From positions 276,644,001 through 276,708,000 of the forward strand of contig JBNRSN020000008.1 in the NCBI GenBank assembly GCA_051313645.2: DNA of 64,000 nucleotides, given 5' to 3'. Source of the DNA: Centroscyllium fabricii. Taxonomy: Eukaryota. Made by a program: the position numbers and the translations under genes. Positions 36,001 to 49,900 of this stretch are shown here, piece by piece. Below the pieces are notes generated by a model. The model did no database searches, was not told where the DNA came from, and saw nothing but the letters and a program-made list of their open reading frames with translations. How positions within the stretch are numbered: position 1 is the stretch's first letter; every line of letters begins with the position of its first letter.

Positions 36001-39000
36001 GACTCAGAGGGAGATGTGATCTAGCATCTGAAGACAGGACCTCGGTTTTCCCGGGACTGAGGGGGAGATGTGATCGAGTATCTGAAGACAGGGCCTTGGT
36101 TTTCACTGGACTCAGGGGGAGATGTGATCGAGTATCTGAAGACAGGGCCTTGGTTTTCACAGGACTCAGGGGGAGATGTGATCGAGTATCTGAAGACAGG
36201 GCCTTGGTTTTCCCAGGACTCAGAGGGAGATGTGATCTAGTATCTGAAGACAGGGCCTTGGTTTTCACTGGACTCAGGGGGAGATGTGATCGAGTATCTG
36301 AAGACAGGGCCTTGGTTTTCACAGGACTCAGGGGGAGATGTGATCGAGTATCTGAAGACAGGACCTTGGTTTGCACGGGAGTCAGAGGGAGATGTGATCT
36401 AGTATCTGAAGACAGGGCCTTGGTTTTCACGGGACTCAGAGGGAGATGTGATCGAGTATCTGAAGACAGGGCCTTGGTTTTCAGAGGACTCAGAGGGAGA
36501 TGTGATCTAGTATCTGAAGACAGGGCCTTGGTTTTCCCAGGACTCAGAGGGAGATGTGATCTAGTATCTGAAGACATGAATTTGGTTTTCCCAGGACTCA
36601 GAGGGAGATGTGATCTAATATCTGAGACAGGGCCTTGGTTTTCCCAGGACTCAGAGGGAGATGTGATCTAGTATCTGAAGACAGGGCCTTGGTTTTCCCA
36701 GACTCAGAGGGAGATGTGATCTAGTATCTGAAGACAGGGCCTTGGTTTCCCAGACTCAGAGGGAGATGTGATCGAGTATCTGAAGACAGGGCCTTGGTTT
36801 TCACGGGACTCAGGGGGAGATGTGATCGAGTATCTGACGACAGGGCCTTGGTTTTCCCAGGACTCAGAGGGAGATGTGATCTAGTATCTGAAGACAGGGC
36901 CTTGGTTTTCCCAGGACTCAGAGGGTGATGTGATCTAGTATCTGAAGACAAGGCCTTGGTTTTCCCAGACTCAGAGGGAGATGTGATCGAGTATCTGAAG
37001 ACAGGGCGTTGGTTTTCACGGGACTCAGGGGGAGATGTGATCGAGTATCTGAAGACAGGACCTTGGTTTTCCCTGGACTCAGAGCAGATGTGATCGAGTA
37101 TCTGAAGACAGGACCTTGGTTTTCACCGGACTCAGAGGGAGATGTGATCGAGTATCTGAAGACAGGACCTTGGTTTTCCCAGGACTCAGAGGGAGATGTG
37201 ATCTAGTATCTGAAGACAGGGCCTTGGTTTTCCCAGACTCAGAGAGAGATGTGATCTAGTATCTGAAGGCAGGACCTTGGTTTTCCTGGGACTCAGGGGG
37301 AGATGTGATCGAGTATCTGAAGAGAGGGCCTTGGTTTTCACGGGACTCAGAGGGAGATGTGATCGAGTATCTGAAGACAGGGCCTTGGTTTTCACTGGAC
37401 TCAGGGGGAGATGTGATCGAGTATCTGAAGACAGGACCTTGGTTTTCCCGGGACTCAGAGGGAGATGTGATCTAGTATCTGAAGACAGGGCCTTGGTTTT
37501 CACGGGACTCAGAGGGAGATGTGATCGAGCATCTGAAGACAGGACCTTGGTTTTCACGGGACTCAGAGGGAGATGTGATCGAGTATCTGAAGACAGGGCC
37601 TTGGTTTTCACTGGACTCAGGGGGAGATGTGATCTAGTATCTGAAGACAGGACCTTAGTTTCCCCGGGACTCAGGGGGAGATGTGATCTAGTATCTGAAG
37701 ACAGGGCCTTGGTTTTCACTGGACTCAGGGGGAGATGTGATCTAGTATCTGAAGACAGGACCTTGGTTTCCCCGGGACTCAGAGGGAGATGTGATCTAGT
37801 ATCTGAAGACAGGGCCTTGGTTTTCACTGGACTCAGGGGTAGGTGTGATCTAGTATCTGAAGACAGGACATTGGTTTCCCCGGGACTCAGAGGGAGATGT
37901 GATCTAGTATCTGAAGACAGGGCCTTGGTTTTCCCAGGGCTCAGAGGGAGATGTGATCGAGTATCTGAAGACAGGACCTTGGTTTTCCCAGACTCAGAGG
38001 GAGATGTGATCTAGTATCTGAAGACAGGGCCTTGGTTTTAACAGGACTCAGAGGGAGATGTGATCGAGTATCTGAAGACAGGGCCTTGGTTTTCACAGAC
38101 TCAGAGGGAGATGTGATCGAGTATCTGAAGACAGGGCCTTGGTTTTCACTGGACTCCGAGGGAGATGTGAACGAGTATCTGAAGACAGGGCCTTGGTTTT
38201 CCCAGGACTCAGAGGGAGATGTGATCTAGTATCTGAAGACAGGGCCTTGGTTTTCACAGACTCAGAGGGAGATGTGATCGAGTATCTGAAGACAGGGCCT
38301 TGGTTTTCACTGGACTCCGAGGGAGATGTGATCGAGTATCTGAAGACAGGGCCTTGGTTTTCCCAGACTCAGAGGGAGATGTGATCTAGTATCTGAAGAC
38401 AGGACCTTGGTTTTTCCCAGGACTCAGAGGGAGATGTGATCGAGTATCTGAAGACAGGACCTTGGTTTTCCCAGGACTCAGAGGGAGATGTGATCTAGTA
38501 TCTGAAGACAGGTCCTTGGTTTTCCCAGACTCAGAGGGAGATGTGATCTAGTATCTGAAGACAGGACCTTGGTTTTCCCGGGACTCAGGGGGAGATGTGA
38601 TCGAGTATCTGAAGACAGGGCCTTGGTTTTCACTGGACTCAGGGGGAGATGTGATCGAGTATCTGAAGACAGGGCCATGGTTTTCACAGGACTCAGGGGG
38701 AGATGTGATCGAGTATCTGAAGACAGGGCCTTGGTTTTCCCAGGACTCAGAGGGAGATGTGATCTAGTATCTGAAGACAGGGCCTTGGTTTTCACTGGAC
38801 TCAGGGGGAGATGTGATCGAGTATCTGAAGACAGGGCCTTGGTTTTCACAGGACTCAGGGGGAGATGTGATCGAGTATCTGAAGACAGGACCTTGGTTTT
38901 CACGGGACTCAGAGGGAGATGTGATCTAGTATCTGAAGAGAGGGCCTTGGTTTTCACGGGACTCAGAGGGAGATGTGATCGAGTATCTGAAGACAGGGCC

Positions 39001-42000
39001 TTGGTTTTCCCAGACTCAGAGGGAGATGTGATCGAGTATCTGAAGACAGGGCCTTGGTTTTCACCGGACTCAGAGGGAGATGTGATCTAGTATCTGAAGA
39101 CAGGACCCTGGTTTCCCCGGGACTCCGGGGGAGATGTGATCGAGTATCTGAAGACAGGGCCTTGGTTTCCCAGGACTCAGAAGGAGATGTGATCGAGTAT
39201 CTGAAGACAGGGCCTTGGTTTTCACAGGACTCAGGGGGAGATGTGATCGAGTATCTGAAGACAGGACCTTGGTTTTCACGGGACTCAGAGGGAGATGTGA
39301 TCTAGTATCTGAAGAGAGGGCCTTGGTTTTCACGGGACTCAGAGGGAGATGTGATCGAGTATCTGAAGACAGGGCCTTGGTTTTCCTAGACTCAGAGGGA
39401 GATGTGATCGAGTATCTGAAGACAGGGCCTTGGTTTTCACCGGACTCAGAGGGAGATGTGATCTAGTATCAGAAGACAGGACCCTGGTTTCCCCGGGACT
39501 CCGGGGGAGATGTGATCGAGTATCTGAAGACAGGGCCTTGGTTTCCCAGGACTCAGAAGGAGATGTGATCGAGTATCTGAAGACAGGGCCTTGGTTTTCC
39601 CAGGACTCAGAGGGAGATGTGATCGTGTATCTGAAGACAGGGCCTTGGTTTTTCCCAGGACTCAGAGGGAGATGTGATCGAGTATCTGATGACAGGGCCT
39701 TGGTTTTCATCGGACTCAGAAGGAGATGTGATCTAGTATCTGAAGACAGGACATTGGTTTCAACGGGACTCAGGGGGAGATGTGATCTAGTATCTGAAGA
39801 CAGGGCCTTGGTTTTCCCGGGACTCAGAGGGAGATGTGATCGAGTATCTGAAGACAGGGCCTTGGTTTTCCCGGGACTCAGAGGGAGATGTGATCGAGTA
39901 TCTGAAGACAGGGCCTTGGTTTTCCCGGGACTCAGAGGGAAATGTGATCTAGTATCTGAAGACAGGGACTTGGTTTTCAGCGGACTCAGGGGGAGATGTG
40001 ATCTAGTATCTGAAGACAGGGCCTTGGTTTTCACGGGACTCGGGGAGATGTGATCGAGTATCTGAAGAGAGGGCCTTGGTTTTCACAGGACTCAGAGGGA
40101 GATGTGATCTAGTATCTGAAGACAGGACCTTGGTTTTCACGGGACTCAGAGGGAGATGTAATCGAGTATCTGAAGACAGGGCCTTGGTTTTCCCCGGGAC
40201 TCAGAGGGAGATGTGATCTAGTATCTGAAGACAGGGCCTTGGTTTTCACGGGACTCAGAGGGAGATGTGATCGAGTATCTGAAGACAGGGCCTTGTTTTT
40301 CACGGGACTCAGAGGGAGATGTGATCGAGTATCTGAAGACAGGACCTTGGTTTTCCCAGACTCAGAGGGAGATGTGATCTAATATCTGAAGACAGGGCTT
40401 TGGTTTTCCCAGACTCAGAGGGAGATGTGACCTAGTATCTGAAGACAGGGCCTTGGTTTTCACAGGACTCAGGGGGAGATGTGATCGAGTATCTGAAGAC
40501 AGGGCCTTGGTTTTCCCAGGACTCAGAGGGAGATGTGATCTAGTATCTGAAGACAGGGCCTTGGTTTTCACTGGACTCAGGGGGAGATGTGATCGAGTAT
40601 CTGAAGACAGGGCCTTGGTTTTCACAGGACTCAGGGGGAGATGTGATCGAGTATCTGAAGACAGGACCTTGGTTTTCACGGGACTCAGAGGGAGATGTGA
40701 TCTAGTATCTGAAGACAGGGCCTTGGTTTTCACGGGACTCAGAGGGAGATGTGATCGAGTATCTGAAGACAGGGCTTTGGTTTTCACAGGACTCAGAGGG
40801 AGATGTGATCTAGTATCTGAAGACAGGGCCTTGGTTTTCCCAGGACTCAGAGGGAGATGTGATCTAGTATCTGAAGACAGGACCTTGGTTTTCCCAGGAC
40901 TCAGAGGGAGATGTGATCTAGTATCTGAGACAGGGCCTTGGTTTTCCCAGGACTCAGAGGGAGATGTGATCTAATATCTGAAGACAGGGCCTTGGTTTTA
41001 CCAGACTCAGAGGGAGATGTGATCTAGTATCTGAAGACAGGGCCTTGGTTTCCCAGACTCAGAGGGAGATGTGATCGAGTATCTGAAGACAGGGCCTTGG
41101 TTTTCACGGGACTCAGGGGGAGATGTGATCGAGTATCTGAAGACAGGGCCTTGGTTTTCCCAGGACTCAGAGGGAGATGTGATCTAGTATCTGAAGACAG
41201 TGCCTTGGTTTTCCCAGGACTCAGAGGGAGATGTGATCTAGTATCTGAAGACAAGGCCTTGGTTTTCCCAGACTCAGGGGGAGATGTGATCGAGTATCTG
41301 AAGACAGGACCTTGGTTTTCCCAGACTCAGAGGGAGATGTGATCGAGTATCTGAAGACATGGCGTTGGTTTTCACGGGAATCAGGGGGAGATGTGATCGA
41401 GTATCTGAAGACAGGACCTTGGTTTTCCCAGGACTCAGAGGGAGATGTGATCGAGTATCTGATGACAGGACGTTGGTTTTCACCGGACTCAGAGGGAGAT
41501 GTGATCGAGTATCTGAAGACAGGACCTTGGTTTTCCCAGGACTCAGAGGGAGATGTGATCTAGTATCTGAAGACAGGGCCTTGGTTTTCCCAGACTCAGA
41601 GGGAGATGTGATCTAGTATCTGAAGACAGGACCTTGGTTTTCCCGGGACTGAGGGGGAGATGTGATCGAGTATCTGAAGACAGGGCCTTGGTTTTCACTG
41701 GACTCAGGGGGAGATGTGATCGAGTATCTGAAGACAGGGCCTTGGTTTTCACAGGACTCAGGGGGAGATGTGATCGAGTATCTGAAGACAGGGCATTGGT
41801 TTTCCCAGGACTCAGAGGGAGATGTGATCTAGTATCTGAAGACAGGGCCTTGGTTTTCACTGGACTCAGGGGGAGATGTAATCGAGTATCTGAAGACAGG
41901 GCCTTGGTTTTCACAGGACTCAGGGGGATATGTGATCGAGTATCTGAAGACAGGACCTTGGTTTGCACGGGAGTCAGAGGGAGATGTGATCTAGTATCTG

Positions 42001-44080
42001 AAGACAGGGCCTTGGTTTTCACGGGACTCAGAGGGAGATGTGATCGAGTATCTGAAGACAGGGCCTTGGTTTTCACAGGACTCAGAGGGAGATGTGATCT
42101 AGTATCTGAAGACAGGGCCTTGGTTTTCCCAGGACTCAGAGGGAGATGTGATCTAGTATCTGAAGACATGAATTTGGTTTTCCCAGGACTCAGAGGGAGA
42201 TGTGATCTAGTATCTGAAGACAGGGCCTTGGTTTTCCCAGACTCAGAGGGAGATGTGATCTAGTATCTGAAGACAGGGCCTTGGTTTCCCAGACTCAGAG
42301 GGAGATGTGATCGAGTATCTGAAGACAGGGCCTTGGTTTTCACGGGACTCAGAGGGAGATGTGATCTAGTATCTGAAGACAAGGCCTTGGTTTTCCCAGA
42401 CTCAGGGGGAGATGTGATCGAGAATCTGAAGACAGGGCCTTGGTTTTCCCAGGACTCAGAGGGAGATGTGATCTAGTATCTGAAGACAGGGCCTTGGTTT
42501 TCCCAGGACTCAGAGGGAGATGTGATCTAGTATCTGAAGACAAGGCCTTGGTTTTCCCAGACTCAGGGGGAGATGTGATCTAGTATCTGAAGACAGGGCC
42601 TTGGTTTTCCCAGACTAAGAGGGAGATGTGATCGAGTATCTGAAGACAGGGCGTTGGTTTTCACGGGACTCAGGGGGAGATGTGATCGAGTATCTGAAGA
42701 CAGGACCTTGGTTTTCCCAGGACTCAGAGCAGATGTGATCGAGTATCTGAAGACAGGACCTTGGTTTTCACCGGACTCAGAGGGAGATGTGATCGAGTAT
42801 CTGAAGACAGGACCTTGGTTTTCCCAGGACTCAGAGGGAGATGTGATCTAGTATCTGAAGACAGGGCCTTGGTTTTCCCAGACTCAGAGAGAGATGTGAT
42901 CTAGTATCTGAAGGCAGGACCTTGGTTTTCCCGGGACTCAGGGGGAGATGTGATCGAGTATCTGAAGAGAGGGCCTTGGTTTTCACGGGACTCAGAGGGA
43001 GATGTGATCGAGTATCTGAAGACAGGGCCTTGGTTTTCACTGGACTCAGGGGGAGATGTGATCGAGTATCTGAAGACAGGACCTTGGTTTTCCCGGGACT
43101 CAGAGGGAGATGTGATCTAGTATCTGAAGACAGGGCCTTGGTTTTCACGGGACTCAGAGGGAGATGTGATCGAGTATCTGAAGACAGGACCTTGGTTTTC
43201 ACGGGACTCAGAGGGAGATGTGATCGAGTATCTGAAGACAGGGCCTTGGTTTTCACTGGACTCAGGGGGAGATGTGATCTAGTATCTGAAGACAGGACCT
43301 TGGTTTCCCCGGGACTCAGGGGGAGATGTGATCTAGTATCTGAAGACAGGGCCTTGGTTTTCACTGGACTCAGGGGGAGATGTGATCTAGTATCTGAAGA
43401 CAGGACCTTGGTTTCCCCAGGACTCAGAGGGAGATGTGATCTAGTATCTGAAGACAGGGCCTTGGTTTTCACTGGACTCAGGGGTAGGTGTGATCTAGTA
43501 TCTGAAGACAGGACCTTGGTTTCCCCGGGACTCAGAGGGAGATGTGATCTAGTATCTGAAGACAGGGCCTTGGTTTTCCCAGGGCTCAGAGGGAGATGTG
43601 ATCGAGTATCTGAAGACAGGACCTTGGTTTTCCCAGACTCAGAGGGAGATGTGATCTAGTATCTGAAGACAGGGCCTTGGTTTTAACAGGACTCAGAGGG
43701 AGATGTGATCGAGTATCTGAAGACAGGGCCTTGATTTTCACAGACTCAGAGGGAGATGTGATCGAGTATCTGAAGACAGGGCCTTGGTTTTCACTGGACT
43801 CCGAGGGAGATGTGAACGAGTATCTGAAGACAGGGCCTTGGGTTTCCCAGGACTCAGAGGGAGATGTGATCTAGTATCTGAAGACAGGGCCTTGGTTTTC
43901 ACAGACTCAGAGGGAGATGTGATCGAGTATCTGAAGACAGGGCCTTGGTTTTCACTGGACTCCGAGGGAGATGTGATCGAGTATCTGAAGACAGGGCCTT
44001 GGTTTTCCCAGACTCAGAGGGAGATGTGATCTAGTATCTGAAGACAGGACCTTGGTTTTTCCCAGGACTCAGAGGGAGAT
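33050..44080. repeat. Tandem duplication of a ~5.4-5.7 kb unit (~33050-38430 and ~38430-44080) with whole-monomer indels
   Basis: ORF pairs 33676/39430 (5754), 34463/40109 and 34716/40362 (5646), 35951/41543 (5592), 37186/42831 and 38032/43677 (5645). Shared variants TTGCACGGGAGTC, CATGAATTTGG, GTGAACGAG, GGTAGGTGTG. Confidence 0.85.
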
Positions 44081-44199
44081 GTGATCGAGTATCTGAAGAC
44101 AGGGCCTTGGTTTTCCCAGGACTCAGGGGGAGATGTGATCGAGTATCTGAAGACAGGACCTTGGTTTTCCCAGGACTCAGAGGGAGATGTGATCGAGTA

Positions 44200-46960
44200 T
44201 CTGAAGACCGGGCCTTGGTTTTCACAGGACTCTGAGGGAGATGTGATCTAGTATCTGAAGACAGGGCCTTGGTTTTCACCGGACTCAGAGGGAGATGTGA
44301 TCGAGTATCTGAAGACAGGGCCTTGGTTTTCACAGGACTCAGAGGGAGATGCGATCTAGTATCTGAAGACAGGGCCTTGGTATTCCCAGGACTCAGAGGG
44401 AGATGTGATCTAGTATCTGAAGACAGGACCTTGGTTTTCCCAGGACTCAGAGTGAGATGTGATCTAGTATCTGAAACAGGGCCTTGGTTTTCCCAGGACT
44501 CAGAGGGAGATGTGATCTAGTATCTGAAGACAGGGCCTTGGTTTTCCCAGACTCAGAGGGAGATGTGATCTAGTATCTGAAGACAGGGCCTTGATTTTCC
44601 CAGGACTCAGAGGGAGATGTGATCTATTATCTGAAGACAGGACATTGGTTTTCCCAGGACTCAGAGGGAGATGTGATCTAGTATCTGAAGACAGGACATT
44701 GGTTTTCCCAGGACTCAGAGGGAGATGTGATCTAGTATCTGAAGACAGGGCCTTGGTATTCCCAGGACTCAGAGGGAGATGTGATCTAGTATCTGAAGAC
44801 AGGGCCTTGGTTTTCCCAGACTCAGGGGGAGATGTGATCGAGTATCTGAAGACAGGGCCTTGGTTTTCCCAGACTCAGAGGGAGATGTGATCGAGTACCT
44901 GAAGACAGGGCCTTGGTTTTCACGGGACTCAGGGGGAGATGTGATCGAGTATCTGAAGACAGGACCTTGGTTTTCACCGGACTCAGAGGGAGATGTGATC
45001 GAGTATCTGAAGACAGGACTTTGGTTTTCCCAGGACTCAGAGGGAGATGTGATCTAGTATCTGAAGACAGGGCCTTGGTTTTCCCAGACTCAGAGGGAGA
45101 TGTGATCTAGTATCTCAAGACAGGACCTTGGTTTTCCCGGGACTCAGGGGGAGATGTGATCGATAATCTGAAGACAGGGCCTTGGTTTTCACGGGACTCA
45201 GAGGGTGATGTGATCGAGTATCTGAAGACAGGGCCTTGGTTTTCACCGGACTCAGGGGGAGATGTGATCGAGTATCTGAAGACAGGACCTTGGTTTTCCC
45301 GGGAATCAGAGGGACATGTGATCTAGTATCTGAAGACAGGGCCTTGGTATTCACGGGACTCAGAGGGAGATGTGATCGAGTATCTGCAGACAGGACCTTG
45401 GTTTTCACGGGACTCAGAGTGAGATGTGATCGAGTATCGGAAGACAGGGCCTTGGTTTTCACTGGACTCAGGGGGAGATGTGATCTAGTATCTGAAGACA
45501 GGACCTTGGTTTCCCCGGGACTCAGGGGGAGATGTGATCTAGTATCTGAAGACAGGGCCTTGGTTTTCACAGGACTCAGAGGGAGATGTGATCTAGTATC
45601 TGAAGACAGGACCTTGGTTTTCACTGGACTCAGGGGGAGATGTGATCTAGTATCTGAAGACAGGACCTTGGTTTCCCCGGGACTCAGAGGGAGATGTGAT
45701 CTAGTATCTGAAGACAGGGCCTTGGTTTTCACTGGACTCAGGGGCAGATGTGATCTAGTATCTGAAGACAGGACCTTGGTTTCCCCGGGACTCAGAGGGA
45801 GATGTGATCGAGTATCTGAAGACAGGGCCTTGGTTTTCACCGGACTCTGAGGGAGATGTGATCTAGTATCTGAAGACAGGGCCTTGGTTTTCACCGGACT
45901 CAGAGGGAGATGTGATCGAGTATCTGAAGACAGGGCCTTGGTTTTCACAGGACTCAGAGGGAGATGTGATCTAGTATCTGAAGACAGGGCCTTGGTATTC
46001 CCAGGACTCAGAGGGAGATGTGATCTAGTATCTGAAGACAGGACCTTGGTTTTCCCAGGACTCAGAGGGAGATGTGATCTAGTATCTGAAACAGGGCCTT
46101 GGTTTTCCCAGGACTCAGAGGGAGATGTGATCTAGTATCTGAAGACAGGGCCTTGGTTTTCCCAGACTCAGAGGGAGATGTGATCTAGTATCTGAAGACA
46201 GGGCCTTGATTTTCCCAGGACTCAGAGGGAGATGTGATCTAGTATCTGAAGACAGGACATTGGTTTTCCCAGGACTCAGAGGGAGATGTGATCTAGTATC
46301 TGAAGACAGGACATTGGTTTTCCCAGGACTCAGAGGGAGATGTGATCTAGTATCTGAAGACAGGGCCTTGGTATTCCCAGGACTCAGAGGGAGATGTGAT
46401 CTAGTATCTGAAGACAGGGCCTTGGTTTTCCCAGACTCAGGGGGAGATGTGATTGAGTATCTGAAGACAGGGCCTTGGTTTTCCCAGACTCAGAGGGAGA
46501 TGTGATCGAGTATCTGAAGACAGGGCCTTGGTTTTCACGGGACTCAGGGGGAGATGTGATCGAGTATCTGAAGACAGGACCTTGGTTTTCACCGGACTCA
46601 GAGGGAGATGTGATCGAGTATCTGAAGACAGGACTTTGGTTTTCCCAGGACTCAGAGGGAGATGTGATCTAGTATCTGAAGACAGGGCCTTGGTTTTCCC
46701 AGACTCAGAGGGAGATGTGATCTAGTATCTCAAGACAGGACCTTGGTTTTCCCGGGACTCAGGGGGAGATGTGATCGATAATCTGAAGACAGGGCCTTGG
46801 TTTTCACGGGACTCAGAGGGTGATGTGATCGAGTATCTGAAGACAGGGCCTTGGTTTTCACCGGACTCAGGGGGAGATGTGATCGAGTATCTGAAGACAG
46901 GACCTTGGTTTTCCCGGGAATCAGAGGGACATGTGATCTAGTATCTGAAGACAGGGCCTT
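44200..46960. repeat. Duplication with offset 1615 bp (30 monomers)
   Basis: ORF pairs 44269/45884, 44591/46206, 44913/46528, 45115/46730. Shared variants ACTCTGAGG, TCTGAAACAGG, GGGAATCAGAGGGACATG. Confidence 0.85.
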
Positions 46961-49900
46961 GGTTTTCACAGGACTCAGAGGGAGATGTGATCGAGTATCT
47001 GAAGACAGGGCCTTGGTTTTCACAGACTCAGAGGGAGATGTGATCGAGTATCTGAAGACAGGGCCTTGGTTTTCACTGGACTCAGAGGGAGATGTGATCG
47101 AGTATCTGAAGACAGGGCCTTGGTTTTCCCAGGACTCAGAGGGAGATGTGATCTAGTATCTGAAGACAGGGCCTTGGTTTTCACAGACTCAGAGGGAGAT
47201 GTGATCGAGTATCTGAAGACAGGGCCTTGGTTTTCACTGGACTCCGAGGGAGATGTGATCGAGTATCTGAAGACAGGGCCTTGGTATTCCCAGACTCAGA
47301 GGGAGATGTGATCTAGTATCTGAAGACAGGACCTTGGTTTTTCCCAGGACTCAGAGGGAGATGTGATCGAGTATCTGAAGACAGGGCCTTGGTTTTCCCA
47401 GGACTCAGGGGGAGATGTGATCGAGTATCTGAAGACAGGACCTTGGTTTTCCCAGACTCAGGGGGAGATGTGATCGAGTATCTGAAGACAGGGCCTTGGT
47501 TTTCCCAGACTCAGAGGGAGATGTGATCGAGTATCTGAAGACAGGGCCTTGGTTTTCATGGGACTCAGGGGGAGATGTGACCGAGTATCTGAAGACAGGA
47601 CCTTGGTTTTCCCAGGACTCAGAGGGGGATGTGATCGAGTATCTGAAGACAGGACCTTGGTTTTCACCGGACTCAAAGGGAGATGTGATCGAGTATCTGA
47701 AGACAGGACTTTGGTTTTCCCAGGACTCAGAGGGAGATGTGATCTAGTATCTGAAGACAGGGCCTTGGTATTCCCAGACTCAGAGGGTGATGTGATCTAG
47801 TATCTCAAGACAGGACCTTGGTTTTCCCGGGACTCAGGGGGAGATGTGATCGATAATCTGAAGACAGGGCCTTGGTTTTCACGGGACTCAGAGGGAGATG
47901 TGATCGAGTATCTGAAGACAGGGCCTTGGTTTTCACCGGACTCAGGGGGAGATGTGATCGAGTATCGGAAGACAGGACCTTGGTTTTCCCGGGACTCAGA
48001 GGGAGATGTGATCCAGTATCTGAAGACAGGGCATTGGTTTTCACGGGACTCAGAGGGAGATGTGATCGAGTATCTGAAGACAGGACCTTGGTTTTCACGG
48101 GACTCAGAGGGAGATGTGATCGAGTATCTGAAGACAGGGCCTTGGTTTTCACTGGACTCAGGGAAGATGTGATCTAGTATCTGAAGACAGGACCTTGGTT
48201 TCCACGGGACTCAGGGGGAGATGTGATCTCGTATCTGAAGACAGGGCCTTGGTTTTCACAGGACTCAGAGGGAGATGTGATCTAGTATCTGAAGACAGGA
48301 CCTTGGTTTTCACTGGACTCAGGGGGAGATGTGATCTAGTATCTGAAGACAGGACCTTGGTTTCCCCGGGACTCAGAGGGAGATGTGATCTAGTATCTGA
48401 AGACAGGGCCTTGGTTTTCACTGGACTCAGGGGCAGATGTGATCTAGTATCTGAAGACAGGACCTTGGTTTCCCCGGGACTCAGAGGGAGATGTGATCTA
48501 GTATCTGAAAACAGGGCCTTGGTTTTCCCAGGACTCAGAGGGAGATGTGATCGAGTATCTGAAGACAGGACCTTGGTTTTCCCAGACTCAGAGGGAGATG
48601 TGATCTAGTATCTGAAGACAGGGCCTTGGTTTTCACAGGACTCAGAGGGAGATGTGATCGAGTATCTGAAGACAGGGCCTTGGTTTTCACAGACTCAGAG
48701 GGAGATGTGATCGAGTATCTGAAGACAGGGCCTTGGTTATCACTGGACTCCGAGGGAGATGTGATCGAGTATCTGAAGACAGGGCCTTGGTTTTCCCAGG
48801 ACTCAGAGGGAGATGTGATCTAGTATCTGAAGACAGGGCCTTGGTTTTCACAGACTCAGAGGGAGATGTGATCGAGTATCTGAAGACAGGGCCTTGGTTT
48901 TCACTGGACTCCGAGGGAGATGTGAGCGAGTATCTGAAGACAGGGCCTTGGTTTTCCCAGACTCAGAGGGAGATGTGATCTAGTATCTGAAGACAGGACC
49001 TTGGTTTTTCCCAGGACTCAGAGGGAGATGTGATCGAGTATCTGAAGACAGGGCCTTGGTTTTCCCAGGACTCAGGGGGAGATGTGATCGAGTATCTGAA
49101 GACAGGACCTTGGTTTTCCCAGGACTCAGAGGGAGATGTGATCGAGTATCTGAAGACAGGGCCTTGGTTTTTCCCAGGACTCAGAGGGAGATGTGATCGA
49201 GTATCTGAAGACAGGGCCTTGGTTTTCCCAGGACTCAGGGGGAGATGTGATCGAGCATCTGAAGACAGGACCTTGGTTTTCCCAGGACTCAGAGGGAGAT
49301 GTGATCGAGTATCTGAAGACAGGGCCTTGGTTTCCCAGGACTCAGGGGGAGATGTGATCGAGTATCTGAAGACAGGGCCTTGGTTTTCACAGACTCAGAG
49401 GGAGATGTGATCGAGTATCTGAAGACAGGGCCTTGGTTTTCCCAGACTCAGAGGGAGATGTGATCTAGTATCTGAAGACAGGGCCTTGGTTTTCACGGGA
49501 CTCAGAGGGAGATGTGATCTAGTATCTGAAGACAGGGCCTTGGTTTTCACAGACTCAGAGGGAGATGTGATCGTGTATCTAAAGACAGGGCCTTGGTTTT
49601 CCCAGACTCAGGGGGAGATGTGATCGAGTATCTGAAGACAGGACCTTGGTTTCCCCGGGACTCAGAGGGAGATGTGATCGAGTATCTGAAGACAGGGCCT
49701 TGGTTTTCCCAGACTCAGAGGGAGATGTGATCTAGTATCTGAAGACAGGGCCTTGGTTTTCCCAGGACTCAGAGGGAGATGTGATCTAGTATCTGAAGAC
49801 AGGACCTTGGTTTTCCCAGGACTCAGAGGGAGATGTGATCGAGTATCTGAAGACAGGGCCTTGGTTTTCAGCGGACTCAGAGGGAGATGTGATCTAGTAT

